DNA from: Myxococcota bacterium
Lineage (GTDB): Bacteria; Myxococcota_A; UBA9160; UBA6930
Direction of reading: 5' to 3'
Length of the DNA stretch: 64,000 nucleotides
Assembly (NCBI GenBank): GCA_965223415.1
Contig: OZ245002.1
Location: 320,001 to 384,000 of the forward strand
Of the stretch, positions 43,586 to 52,938 are shown one piece after another. Below the pieces are notes generated by a model. The model saw nothing but the letters and a program-made list of their open reading frames with translations. It searched no databases and had not been told where the DNA came from. How positions within the stretch are numbered: the first letter of the stretch is position 1; the number at the start of each line of letters is the position of its first letter. The translations under genes were made by a program, and so were the position numbers.

Positions 43586-44797
43586 CTAACGAACCGGCAC
43601 CGCCTTCACGTCCCCCGGCACCGGCCGGATCCGATCCGCCCCGGGCGTCTTCGGCCGGCGATTCGGAGCGGGCGCCGGGCGCGGGCTCGGAGCGGGCGCG
43701 GGCTTCGGTGCCGCCCGCCCTGGTGCCAGCGACGGGGGCTCCGAACGGCCCTGCGGCGGGGCGACCACACCCCCGGGCTGGATCGCCGGCGGCACCGGCG
43801 GCGGCTTGGGGGGGGACGGCAGGCGGATGGTCTCGACGGCGACGACCGCGCCATGGTGAAGCCCCTGGACGAGGACGCGGGTGTCCGCCGCCAACGCGGC
43901 TGCCGGAGCGGCATCGGGTGCGAGGGCCAGGGCGAAGGAGCCGACCCGCAGGTCCCCTTCGGGCCCTCGTCGGACGAAGCCTTCCACGGACACCCGGGCC
44001 AGACCGGCGCGCCGCGCCAGCTCCGCGGGATCCGGGAGCTCGATCCGCGGCCGCCGCAGGGGGCGCCGCTCGACCCGACTCGCGAAGACCACGCCGTCCC
44101 CGCCGACCAGGCCGCTCACTTCGACGACGTGACCCACCTCCAGGGCGGCGACCTCGACGGGAAGGCCGCTCCGGCCGTCGACGACGAGGGCGTCGTCCAG
44201 GAGCGCGATGCTCCGGCCGTCCACCTGGAGCAGCGCGCCGCCGGCCCGGATCGCCTCGATCGGTCCGGCGGCCGCGAGGATCACGTCGACGCGGGTGGCG
44301 TGGAGGGCGCCGTCGCGCTCCCGTGCCTCGAGCCACAGCACCTGCCCGACGCGCAGGACGTCCGTGGAGGCCGAGGCCCCGTGCAGGGCCACCGGCGTCG
44401 CCGGGTCGAGGATCACCTCGTGGCCGTTCACGCACAGGCTGCCGAAGCCGGTCAGGGTGCCGAACAGCCCGGTCCCTCCCGGGCCCTCCCGTGTGGCGGA
44501 GGCGCCGGTTCCGCCGAGGCCGTCACGCTCGCGGCCGGTACCGCCGATCCCGTCCTCCGGGTCCCCGCGGCCGGTGCCGCCGATCCCATCCTCCGGGTCC
44601 CCGCGGCCGGTGCCGCCGATCCCATCCTCCGGATCGCCCCGGCCCGTGCCGCCGATGTCGTCGGAGGTGAGCGCCAGGAGCTCGCCGCCGGGCGCTTCGC
44701 AGGCCGCGGACGCGGAGTCGGGCGCCAGGGCCAGCAGCAGCCCGAATGCGGCCGGCGCGAGCCGACGGACGACGCCGAGAGCCATCTCAATCCTCAT
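43586..44797 (-). CDS. DUF5666-domain exported protein with GIGGTG repeats
   Basis: Signal peptide; GIGGTG repeats; GTLTGFGSLCVNG; L.VG..V.V.G OB-like units; Pro-rich tail; overlaps the DUF6502 stop. Confidence 0.8.
   Translation of the reverse strand: MRIEMALGVVRRLAPAAFGLLLALAPDSASAACEAPGGELLALTSDDIGGTGRGDPEDGIGGTGRGDPEDGIGGTGRGDPEDGIGGTGRERDGLGGTGASATREGPGGTGLFGTLTGFGSLCVNGHEVILDPATPVALHGASASTDVLRVGQVLWLEARERDGALHATRVDVILAAAGPIEAIRAGGALLQVDGRSIALLDDALVVDGRSGLPVEVAALEVGHVVEVSGLVGGDGVVFASRVERRPLRRPRIELPDPAELARRAGLARVSVEGFVRRGPEGDLRVGSFALALAPDAAPAAALAADTRVLVQGLHHGAVVAVETIRLPSPPKPPPVPPAIQPGGVVAPPQGRSEPPSLAPGRAAPKPAPAPSPRPAPAPNRRPKTPGADRIRPVPGDVKAVPVR
44531..44656 (-). repeat. 36-bp tandem repeat, ~3.5 copies (encodes DPEDGIGGTGRG)
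   Basis: Units start at 44531, 44567, 44603 and 44639 (partial); near-identical and contiguous. Confidence 0.9.
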
Positions 44798-45623
44798 CGG
44801 AGCCGCCCTCGTCGGCGCCGAAGAAGTAGAAGCCCAGGGTGATTCGCCGGCGGCCCCCGCCCGCCTTCCCGTCGCGGCGCTTCAGGGCTCGAGCCCGCCG
44901 GTTCACCCGTTGCAGCGCCTCCATCCCCGCTTCCTCGGACAGCCCGAGCAGCTCGTCGGCGGAGCGCTCCGAGAGCCCGCCGTAGTAGACGGCGCGATCC
45001 GGCATGAGCGGGCGCTCGCCCCGCAGGTTGTGGGCGGCCGCCGCCAGGTGGTCGCGGGTGTTGCGCCCGAAGAAGAACGCCTGCTCGTCGAAGTCGTCGC
45101 TGGGAACGAAGGCGTCGGTCTGCAGATGGACGCGATCCTCCTCGTCCAGACGCGCCACGCCGAGCCGCAACCATTCGTCGAGCACCGCGCGGGGACGGAT
45201 GTCCGTGCTGACGGACGCGACCAGGGCGTCGAAGCTGCCGCTGGCGCCGCGGCGCGGCAGGGGGATGGGCCGGCCGTCCCCGTCGAGGTAGGCCTCCTCG
45301 CTGGTCCAACGAACCGCGATCGCGGCGCCGAGCGGCGCGTGCCGGGCGTGGGGCTCCTTCGGGTCCCCGCCCTCCTCCCGCAGCCGCCGCACGTCCTTGC
45401 GGTGGACGCCGGTCAGCAGGCTCACCCGGGCGTCGGTCTGGGCGCGTCCCTCGAGGGGCAGCTCGTCCCGGGCCACCTCCACGTAGACCTCCTTCAGCAG
45501 GCGGCTCAGGAGCGGGAACGGCACCTGGTGGTCGAGCAGCAGCCGCACCAGGGGCCGGAGCAGCAGGCGCAGGGCGGCCAGCACCGCAGGGCGCGGACCA
45601 GGCTGGGGTACGTCGCCGGGCAT
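44787..45623 (-). CDS. DUF6502-family protein (putative DNA-binding regulator)
   Basis: Start moved to ATG 45623. LLRPLVRLLL, HTH-like ARVSLLTGVHRKDVRRL, SFDALVASVSTDIRPRAVLDEW.RLG, HLAAAAHNL, RAVYY..LS. Confidence 0.85.
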   Translation of the reverse strand: MPGDVPQPGPRPAVLAALRLLLRPLVRLLLDHQVPFPLLSRLLKEVYVEVARDELPLEGRAQTDARVSLLTGVHRKDVRRLREEGGDPKEPHARHAPLGAAIAVRWTSEEAYLDGDGRPIPLPRRGASGSFDALVASVSTDIRPRAVLDEWLRLGVARLDEEDRVHLQTDAFVPSDDFDEQAFFFGRNTRDHLAAAAHNLRGERPLMPDRAVYYGGLSERSADELLGLSEEAGMEALQRVNRRARALKRRDGKAGGGRRRITLGFYFFGADEGGSDED

Positions 45624-45626
45624 AGG

Positions 45627-45645
45627 CGTGGGAAAATTTACCACA
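45627..45645. promoter_or_regulatory. Third copy of the palindrome (CGTGGGAA-AAT-TTACCACA) at the DUF6502 start
   Basis: Separated from ATG 45623 by 3 nt; on the minus strand it contains TGTGGTAAATT, an extended -10-like element. Confidence 0.65.
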
Positions 45646-45697
45646 TGGAGGAGTGCCCCGGGGGGTGCTCCAGGTGACGCCCGGCCGGGGCCGAGGG

Positions 45698-47938
45698 TCA
45701 GGCCCGGGGCCGAACCAGCAGGGCGAACAGGCCCGTCGCGGCCAGCAGGGGAGCCGTCCAGCCGGCCGCCGCCGGAGAGAGCTGGCCCCCCTGGCCGAGG
45801 GAGGCCGCGACGTCGCCCGCCAGGAGGTAGGAGACGCCGATCACGGCGCACAGCACCAGGTTGCGCGCGGCGGACGGCGGGCGTCGCGAGCGCACCGCGA
45901 CCAGCAGGGCGATGGCCGGGAGCAGCAGGCAGGCCACGGGCCCGGCCAGCTTGCGATGCCACTCGATGCGCAGGGGCAACGCCGGATACCCACTGGCCTG
46001 GGCGGCGTGGATCTCCACGGCGAGGCTGTGGGCGGAGTGGTGCATCGGGTCGATCTCCGCGCGGCGAGCCTCGCCGAGCGCATAACGACCAGGCGGCTCG
46101 ACGCGCTGGAGCCCCCGCTCGGAGATCAGCACCGCCTCGGCCCCGACCAGCTCCCACTCGCCTCCGCCGACGTGACGCGCCTCCCTCGCGTGGATCCGCG
46201 CCGAGGGCAGCCCCGAAGGCCCTACCTCGTACACCACCAGGTCCGGGATTCGCCCCCCGGCGAGGCCGGCGCGGGAGGCGCGCACGAGCTGCCCCTCCAT
46301 GCGATACCAGGCCTCCGTCCCGCCGCCTTCGGCGCGGTCCTTGATGCGCTCCACCTTGATGCGATCGGCCCAGGCGTTGGTGCGGGTGACGAGGGCGTCG
46401 TTGAGCCAGAAGTCGAGTGGAACGATCACGGCGGAGAGGACCAGGACCGGAAGCAGGGCGCGTCCCAGGCGGATGCCGCAGGTCTGCATCGCGAGCAGCT
46501 CCCCACGCACGGTGAGGAGACTCACCGTGAGTGCGCTTCCCGCCAGCAGGCCCATCGGCACCACCCGGGAGGCGAGGAGCGGCGTGCGAGCGGCGTAGAA
46601 GTGGAAGATCTCCCCGACATCGGCGCGGTGTCGCGCGAACCACTCGAGACGTTCGAGCACGTCGATCAGGAAGTAGGCGACGAAGAGTGCGCCGAAGGAG
46701 AGCACCGCCGCGCTCGCGTACACGCCGAGCACGTAGCGGTCGAGCACGTAGCGCACCCCGACCGGCCGCTTCATGGCGTCGGCGCTCGAAGGCGCCGTCC
46801 GATCGGGCTCCTCGTCGAAGGGATCTCGCGCGAGCCGGGCCAGCAGCAGCGCGAGCAGCAGCAGGACCACCCCGGGCGGCGTCCACACCGCCAGCGCCAC
46901 CGGGTTGGAGGGATCGCGGAGCATCGCGTCGGCGAGCTGCACGAGGCCGTAGTAGCCAGCGGTGAGGAAGAGGCCGGCGGCCGCACCGCCCGATCGGGTG
47001 AAGCGACGGCTCGCCAGGGCGAGGGGCGCGGCGAGCACCCCGAGCAGGAGTGCCGCCATGGGATGGGCGAAGCGCCGGTGCAGCTCGGCCTGGACACGCC
47101 GCGGGTCGGGACCCCCGACGGTCGGCTCGAAGCGGGCCAGCGCCCCGGTGGAGAGGGCCGCCAGCTCGTCGCCCGGCGCCTCCTCCTCCGAGAGGTGGAG
47201 ACGCGTCTCGAACTCGTCCACCTCCACGTGCTGGCCGCCGCCGGCCGGCGAGCCGAGCAGCGAGGCGTCCTCGAGGCGCAGCACGAGCTCACCGCGTGCG
47301 GCGGTCTCGACCTGGCCCCGCTCCCCGAACACCGCCTCCGCGATGTCCGGCATCCACAGGAGCACCCCGCGCAGGTCCGTGCCGTCCGCCGAGACCTCCC
47401 GGGCCAGGAGCTGGCGCTCGCCGAACTCGACGACGCTGCCGGCGCTGATCAGCGCCCCGGGCTGCTCGCGCTGAATGCGATCGAAGGTCGCCTCCAGCGC
47501 GGCCCGCGACAGCGGCGCCGCCCACAGGGCCAGCACGGCCGATAGCGCCCAGCCGACGACGGCGACCCCCAGGACCGGGACCACGAGCTGGATCCGCGCC
47601 AGCCCGAGGGACTCCATCGCCAGGACCTCCCGGTCGGCCTTCAGACGTCCCAGCGCCACGAGCACCCCGATCATGACGGCGAAGGGCAGAGTCTGCGCAA
47701 GGACCGGCACGATCTCGAGGCCCGCGATGCGGGCCACGGCCCCCACTCCGAGGCCGCGGTTCACGATCCAGTCGGCGTAGGCGAGAAGACTCTTGGTCAG
47801 GAACGCGACCGAGAGGCCCGCCAGCGCCACGCCCGCCGGAATCGCCACCTCGCGCCGGACCGCCCGGCGCAGGATCCTGCCGAGCCCGGCCTCGCCGGGC
47901 CTGCCGCGACGCGGCTCGATCTGTAGCCCCGCTGCCAC
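45698..47938 (-). CDS. Fused LptF-LptG family permease
   Basis: Two tandem YjgP/YjgQ units (RL.ADREVLAMESLG...HRRFAHP; LDRYV...RGELLAMQTCG...HRKLAGP) in one frame; start uncertain. Confidence 0.88.
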   Translation of the reverse strand: MAAGLQIEPRRGRPGEAGLGRILRRAVRREVAIPAGVALAGLSVAFLTKSLLAYADWIVNRGLGVGAVARIAGLEIVPVLAQTLPFAVMIGVLVALGRLKADREVLAMESLGLARIQLVVPVLGVAVVGWALSAVLALWAAPLSRAALEATFDRIQREQPGALISAGSVVEFGERQLLAREVSADGTDLRGVLLWMPDIAEAVFGERGQVETAARGELVLRLEDASLLGSPAGGGQHVEVDEFETRLHLSEEEAPGDELAALSTGALARFEPTVGGPDPRRVQAELHRRFAHPMAALLLGVLAAPLALASRRFTRSGGAAAGLFLTAGYYGLVQLADAMLRDPSNPVALAVWTPPGVVLLLLALLLARLARDPFDEEPDRTAPSSADAMKRPVGVRYVLDRYVLGVYASAAVLSFGALFVAYFLIDVLERLEWFARHRADVGEIFHFYAARTPLLASRVVPMGLLAGSALTVSLLTVRGELLAMQTCGIRLGRALLPVLVLSAVIVPLDFWLNDALVTRTNAWADRIKVERIKDRAEGGGTEAWYRMEGQLVRASRAGLAGGRIPDLVVYEVGPSGLPSARIHAREARHVGGGEWELVGAEAVLISERGLQRVEPPGRYALGEARRAEIDPMHHSAHSLAVEIHAAQASGYPALPLRIEWHRKLAGPVACLLLPAIALLVAVRSRRPPSAARNLVLCAVIGVSYLLAGDVAASLGQGGQLSPAAAGWTAPLLAATGLFALLVRPRA

Positions 47939-48024
47939 GTCCGCTATGGTGCCGGCGGCCGGGGCGGGGCGAGACCCTGCCTGCGCGGCCCGCACGGATG
48001 GAAAGAGGGAGGGGAAGCGCGCCC

Positions 48025-48810
48025 GTGAAGGCGATCCTGTTGAGCGCCGGCCAGGGGCGCCGGCTCGCGCGCGCCACCGACGGCGCTCCCAAGTGCCTCG
48101 TGCGGATCCATGGAGGTCGCTCCCTCCTCGAGCTGCAGCTGCGCGCCCTCGCCCGCTGCGGGATCGAGCGGGCCGTCGTGATGGTCGGCTACGGCGCCGA
48201 GCGCGTCGAGTCGGAGCTCTCGCGGGTGGTGGTGCCGGGGCTCAGCGTCGCCACCGAGTACAACCCCTTTTCCGCAACCTCCGACAACCTGGTCACCGCC
48301 TGGCTGGCCCGGGCCGCGATGGACGAGGACTTCCTGCTCCTGAACGGCGACACCCTGTTCGAGGACGGCGTGCTCCAGCGCCTGCTCGCGAGCGCCCGGG
48401 CGCCGGTCTCCCTCGCGACCGCCCGCAAGCCCAGCTACGACGACGACGACATGAAGATCGTCCTCGCGCCGGACGGCAGGCTCCGGGCCATCGGCAAGGT
48501 GCTGCCGGGCCTCAACCCGGACGGCGAAGCCATCGGCATGACCCTCTTCCAGGGCGAGGGCGTCGACGGCTTCCGTCGGGTGCTCGACGAAATCGTGCGG
48601 GCGCCGGAAGCCGGTCGGGCCTGGTACACGTCGGCCCTCGACGGCCTGGCCGGCCGGCTGCGCGTCGAGCCCGTTCCGATCGGCAGCCGTTGGTGGGCGG
48701 AGGTCGACACGGTGAGCGACCTGCGGGCGGTCCGCGATGCCTTCCACCGGCTTGGTGACGACGCCCGACCCGAAGAGACGCCGCAGCGCGCCGCCGCCAG
48801 CTACGCCTAG
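48025..48810 (+). CDS. Phosphocholine cytidylyltransferase-family (LicC-like) nucleotidyltransferase
   Basis: VKAILLSAGQGRRL, PKCL, LLNGD, YDDDDMK, WAEVDTVSDL. Confidence 0.88.
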   Translation: MKAILLSAGQGRRLARATDGAPKCLVRIHGGRSLLELQLRALARCGIERAVVMVGYGAERVESELSRVVVPGLSVATEYNPFSATSDNLVTAWLARAAMDEDFLLLNGDTLFEDGVLQRLLASARAPVSLATARKPSYDDDDMKIVLAPDGRLRAIGKVLPGLNPDGEAIGMTLFQGEGVDGFRRVLDEIVRAPEAGRAWYTSALDGLAGRLRVEPVPIGSRWWAEVDTVSDLRAVRDAFHRLGDDARPEETPQRAAASYA

Positions 48811-48812
48811 CA

Positions 48813-49988
48813 TCACGAGGGGCCTCCCCCCGCCTCGGACAGCATGGCGAGCCACTTGTCGACGACGGGCGCCACGGCGAAGTCGCGCGCACGACGGCGC
48901 AGGGCTTCCCGGTCCACCGGCTCGTCCAGGGCCGCGTCGATCGCCCGGGCCAGGGCCTCGGGATCGGCGACCGGCACCAGCTGCCCGAGGCGACCGCCGC
49001 GGAGGATCTCCCGCGGTCCGCTGGGGCAATCGGTGCTGACGATGGGGCAGCCGCAGGCCAGGGCCTGGATCAGGACGCCGGGGAGCCCCTCGTAGGCCGA
49101 GGACAGCACGAGCAGGCGCGCGCGCGCCATCCAGGCGAAAGGGTTGTCGCTGTAGCCGGCCAGCTCCAGATCGGCCTCCACGCCCAGGTCTCTCGCCAGC
49201 GTCTCGAGCGCCCGACGCTCGCGCCCCTCGCCGAGCACCACCAGGCGCGCAACGCGCTGCCGTCGCAGCCGGGCGAAGGCCCGGAGGAGGGTCGGGAAGT
49301 CCTTCTGCGCTGCCAGCCGACCCACCGCCAGCAGGACCGGTGGCTCGCCGGGGGCCAGCCACGGATGGGAGAGGGGCTTCGCCGCCGCCGCCTCCACCCC
49401 AGCGAGGCGCAGGGGATTGGGAAGCACGCGGATGCGCTCCCGCGGCAGGTCCGCCACCCGGGCCAGATCGTCGGCCACCCCCTCCGAGACGGCGACGATC
49501 GCGTCAGCGGAGGGATAGGCGGCGCGCACCCACGGGGCGAGCAGCGGGCGGCGCCGGAACGGGAAGCCCGCGTTGCGGACGGCCCGGGAGAGGTGGGTCC
49601 GCTGGCTCACCACGACGGGAATCGGCTGCCGCGCCAGCCGCCGCGCCGCCAGCAGCGAGAGGTTGACGTAGTGGGAAGCGGCGATCGCGGCCCGCGGGCG
49701 AACGCGCCGGAGGTAGCGGGCGAGCGCCGGCGTGCTGGCCAGGGTGCGGCGCCTCTTGCGAGCTCGCACCCACGGCAGCCGCGCCAGCCCGGCGTCGAGC
49801 TCCACCACCCGGATCGGCGGCGGAACCTGCTCGCGGAAGGGCCCGCGAGCGTGGGGCACCACCAGGTCGACGGGGACGCCCCGCTCGGCGATTCCGCCGG
49901 CCAGCGTGAGCATGGTCCGCTGCACGCCGCCCAGGCCCAGGCCCGTCAGCACGATCGCCAGCGGTGCCGGATCGCCTAACGAAGCCAC
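48813..49988 (-). CDS. GT4 family glycosyltransferase
   Basis: GGVQR, AVSEGVADDL, VGRLAAQKDF, EGLPGVLIQALACG.PIVSTDCPSGPREIL. Confidence 0.92.
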   Translation of the reverse strand: MASLGDPAPLAIVLTGLGLGGVQRTMLTLAGGIAERGVPVDLVVPHARGPFREQVPPPIRVVELDAGLARLPWVRARKRRRTLASTPALARYLRRVRPRAAIAASHYVNLSLLAARRLARQPIPVVVSQRTHLSRAVRNAGFPFRRRPLLAPWVRAAYPSADAIVAVSEGVADDLARVADLPRERIRVLPNPLRLAGVEAAAAKPLSHPWLAPGEPPVLLAVGRLAAQKDFPTLLRAFARLRRQRVARLVVLGEGRERRALETLARDLGVEADLELAGYSDNPFAWMARARLLVLSSAYEGLPGVLIQALACGCPIVSTDCPSGPREILRGGRLGQLVPVADPEALARAIDAALDEPVDREALRRRARDFAVAPVVDKWLAMLSEAGGGPS

Positions 49989-50650
49989 CGGCGCGCCTCG
50001 ACCACCACGATGAAAACCCGTCGCATCTCGCCTTCGGAACAGGCCAGGGGCCGCACACCGTGCCAGGAGTTCCCGCGGCGCGCGAAGAGCAGGCTCTGGT
50101 TGCCGACGCAGGGGACGGACTCTTCGCGAACGAAGTCCTCGAAGGCGGGGCTGGAGCGGTGGGAGAAACGCCCGCCATCGTCCAGGATACGCGTCTCACC
50201 GCCCCAGGCCGGGTCCCAGCGCTCCGGATCGTTGAAGTAGAAGAGATGGGAGCCGAGCTTCCGGCGCGCGTCGCAGTGGGGCGATACAGAGCGCCCCCGC
50301 GGCGTGTAGTGCCAGTGATAGAGGAGGCGGACGCGGCGGCGGCCGAAGCGCGCGGCCAGGAAGCGCCGGTAGTCCGCTCCCTCGAGCTCCTCGACCAGGC
50401 GGTGCCAGAGCGGGTGCACCGGAAGGTCGGGTCGATAGTCGAGGACGTAGCGATCGTGGGAGGCCTGACCGAAGCGGCGCTTCTTCCCGAACACCGCCTC
50501 GAGCTGCAACGGCTCCGGGAGATGCGCCGCCAGCTCCTGCCACGCCTCCGGACGCAGCGCGGGGCCGGCCTGCCACGGATAGGGGCGGCGCCGCCGGAAG
50601 CTCTTGGCATCCGTCGCGTCGAGGGCCTCCAGATCGAGGAGCGACGTCAC
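49976..50650 (-). CDS. 2OG-Fe(II) oxygenase family protein
   Basis: Start GTG 50650; HxD (PHCD), WGGET, distal His (SWHGV), C-terminal Arg. Confidence 0.75.
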   Translation of the reverse strand: MTSLLDLEALDATDAKSFRRRRPYPWQAGPALRPEAWQELAAHLPEPLQLEAVFGKKRRFGQASHDRYVLDYRPDLPVHPLWHRLVEELEGADYRRFLAARFGRRRVRLLYHWHYTPRGRSVSPHCDARRKLGSHLFYFNDPERWDPAWGGETRILDDGGRFSHRSSPAFEDFVREESVPCVGNQSLLFARRGNSWHGVRPLACSEGEMRRVFIVVVEARRWLR

Positions 50651-52938
50651 GACTCCTCCACGCCCATCAGCGTGCGGAGCCGCGCGGCGACGGCACCGGC
50701 CTCCCGGTGGGGGGTCGCCGGGCCGAGCCGGGGAGGCTCGCCCAGCATCTGCACGCGACCGGCGGCGACCAGCTCGGCGTGGAGGCCCTCCAGGTTGCGG
50801 GTGGGGCGCAGCAGCCCGGCGTCGATCCACCGGGCCAGGTGGCGCGCGAGACCCTGCTGGGGCCGCACGGTGCCGCGATCGTTGGGCCGCTCAGCCACAG
50901 CCCGGGCGAGCAGCCGATCGACGAGACGCCCGCCGAGGCCCCGACCCCGACCAGTCCCCGGAAGCGGCGCCACCAGCACCGGCCGATCCGTGGCACAGGC
51001 CTCCGCCAGCATCGACTCGCTCTCCCCGGTGACCACCAGCAGGTCGCAGTGGGCGAGGAGGCCCAGGTAGGGTGTCTCCGGTCCCGCGGGTCGCCAGGGG
51101 AAGAAGTGGGCATCGGCACCGAGGGCTCGCTCGAGGGCGTGGGTCGCGGGGCCTCCGGTGCGCGGGCTGGTCGTCACCCAGAGGCGGCCTCCGAGCTCCT
51201 TCGCCAGGTCCAAGACGTGGGCCGCGAGGCCGCGCGCCTCCTCGGCACCCAGGCGGTAGCGCGGCGTCTCGCCGCCGACGAGGACACCGATGCGCGGGCC
51301 CACCGGGTCGCCTTCGAAGGTGTCCTTCCAGCGATCCGCGGCCCGCCCGAGCTCCCCATCGCTCACCCGCGAGAGCGGCAGCAACGTCTCGACGCGACGG
51401 GGGTGGGGCCAGAGGCGGGCGTGGCGCGGGGTCACGACGAGATCGAACAGGCCGGCGGCGGCACCGCCCTTGCGCCCCAGGTGGACGACGCGCGTGCGGC
51501 CCTGGGCCCGCTCGCGCACCCACAAGCCGACCGGTGCGGCGCGGCGCCCGGCGGAGATGACCAGGTCCGGCCAGGGCGCCTGGAGCTTCGCCCGCTGGTC
51601 CCGGGACAGGCCCAGGAGCGACGCGCCCCGCAGCCGCGGGTGGAGGTTCCCGAGCCGGCCGAAGTGGAGACGGTGGGTCCGGTAGCTCCAGCCCAGCGCC
51701 TCGGCGAGGCCGACGGCCTGGGTCTCGTTGCCGGCCCGGTCGTCGACGATCACCCAGGTGCGCGGCGTGCCGCGACCGAGGAATCGCCCGCCCTCCACGT
51801 GGCGCACGCGACCCGTGGGCTCGTGGACGAACAGCTCCCAGTGCACGCCGCGGTGGGTGCGAGCGATGCGTTCGAAGCGGTCGACGAAGCGCGCCGTCGC
51901 GTCACCGGGCGTGGCGGCGACGAACACGAAGCGGCCCGCCGCGTCGAACAGGCGCCGCAGCGCCCAGCCCTGATCGGTCTCGGGCAGGGCTTCGAGCCCA
52001 GCGGGCACGAGGATGCCGTCGGCGCTCCGGGCCTCCGATGCGAACAGCCAGTCGAGGAGGTCCGCCCCCTCCAGCTCGAGCACCTCGTCGCCGGGGGTGA
52101 GGCGCGAGAGCATGCGCAGCATCTGTCGGTCCGCCGCAGGCGCCGCGGGAAGGGAGGGCCGGCCGCGCAGGTGACCCATCGCCTCGCTCGGCTGCTCCGC
52201 CGAGAACGCCTCGAAGCCCGCATCGTCGGCCCGGCGTTCCCTCTCCTTCCAGAGATCGGCGCCGGGCCCTTCGCGGTAGGCGAAGCGCTCGGGAAAGGGC
52301 CGCCACGGCTGGGTGTGCAGCGTCGTGTAGTGGACGACCCGAGCGCCCCCGTTCAGCAGCTCGGCGTCCCGTGCGTTCCACTCAGGAGGCAGCGGGCCGC
52401 GAAGGCCCGCCACGGCGGCGGCTCGCGCCACCAGCTCCTTCTTCGGCAGCCGGCTGGCGTCGTCCAGGCTCCACACGTCCGCCATCCGCGCGCAATCGAG
52501 CAGCATGACCGAGGTCTCCCGATCCGAGAGGGCCAGGAAGCCGTGACCCTCCAGATCGCGATCGAAGAGCTCCGCCGGATCGCACAGGTAGAGCTGGTCC
52601 ACGTCGTTGTAGATGGCCCGGCCGGCAGCGCCGGCGAAGCTGGGAATCGCGAAACGGTAGTTCGTGAACCCGGTGGTCCAATCCCGGCGGTCGAAGCCGC
52701 GCAGCGCCTCCATGCGGAAGACCTCGTAGCGGCGCGCCCGATCGCGGTGCTCGGCGACGGAGGCCAGGAACACCCGCTCCGCCCGCCACTGGGCCGGCTC
52801 GGTCCCGAGGAAGATGCGCACGGGAGGCGCTTCCGTCTCGCCCTCGGCGGGGAACACCACGCGCTCGGGCCCGTCCCGCAGGCCCGGCCCCGGCGCAGCG
52901 CCGCGGAGGGGGAGGAAGCGGGAGAGCCTCCGACTCAT
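50647..52938 (-). CDS. Fusion: GT-A glycosyltransferase + degenerate methyltransferase-like segment + ELM1/GtrOC1-family domain
   Basis: Start ATG 52938. FTNYRFAIP...IYNDVD (DxD)...HYT...QPW, then GNETQAVGLAEALG, PWPDLVISAGR, TTSPRT, PYLGLLA.CD.LVVTGESESMLAEACAT. Confidence 0.8.
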   Translation of the reverse strand: MSRRLSRFLPLRGAAPGPGLRDGPERVVFPAEGETEAPPVRIFLGTEPAQWRAERVFLASVAEHRDRARRYEVFRMEALRGFDRRDWTTGFTNYRFAIPSFAGAAGRAIYNDVDQLYLCDPAELFDRDLEGHGFLALSDRETSVMLLDCARMADVWSLDDASRLPKKELVARAAAVAGLRGPLPPEWNARDAELLNGGARVVHYTTLHTQPWRPFPERFAYREGPGADLWKERERRADDAGFEAFSAEQPSEAMGHLRGRPSLPAAPAADRQMLRMLSRLTPGDEVLELEGADLLDWLFASEARSADGILVPAGLEALPETDQGWALRRLFDAAGRFVFVAATPGDATARFVDRFERIARTHRGVHWELFVHEPTGRVRHVEGGRFLGRGTPRTWVIVDDRAGNETQAVGLAEALGWSYRTHRLHFGRLGNLHPRLRGASLLGLSRDQRAKLQAPWPDLVISAGRRAAPVGLWVRERAQGRTRVVHLGRKGGAAAGLFDLVVTPRHARLWPHPRRVETLLPLSRVSDGELGRAADRWKDTFEGDPVGPRIGVLVGGETPRYRLGAEEARGLAAHVLDLAKELGGRLWVTTSPRTGGPATHALERALGADAHFFPWRPAGPETPYLGLLAHCDLLVVTGESESMLAEACATDRPVLVAPLPGTGRGRGLGGRLVDRLLARAVAERPNDRGTVRPQQGLARHLARWIDAGLLRPTRNLEGLHAELVAAGRVQMLGEPPRLGPATPHREAGAVAARLRTLMGVEES

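Noticed and set aside
44531..44656. 36-bp repeats as a possible CRISPR array
   Set aside because: The units are contiguous with no spacers, lie in frame within a CDS, and no cas genes are present.
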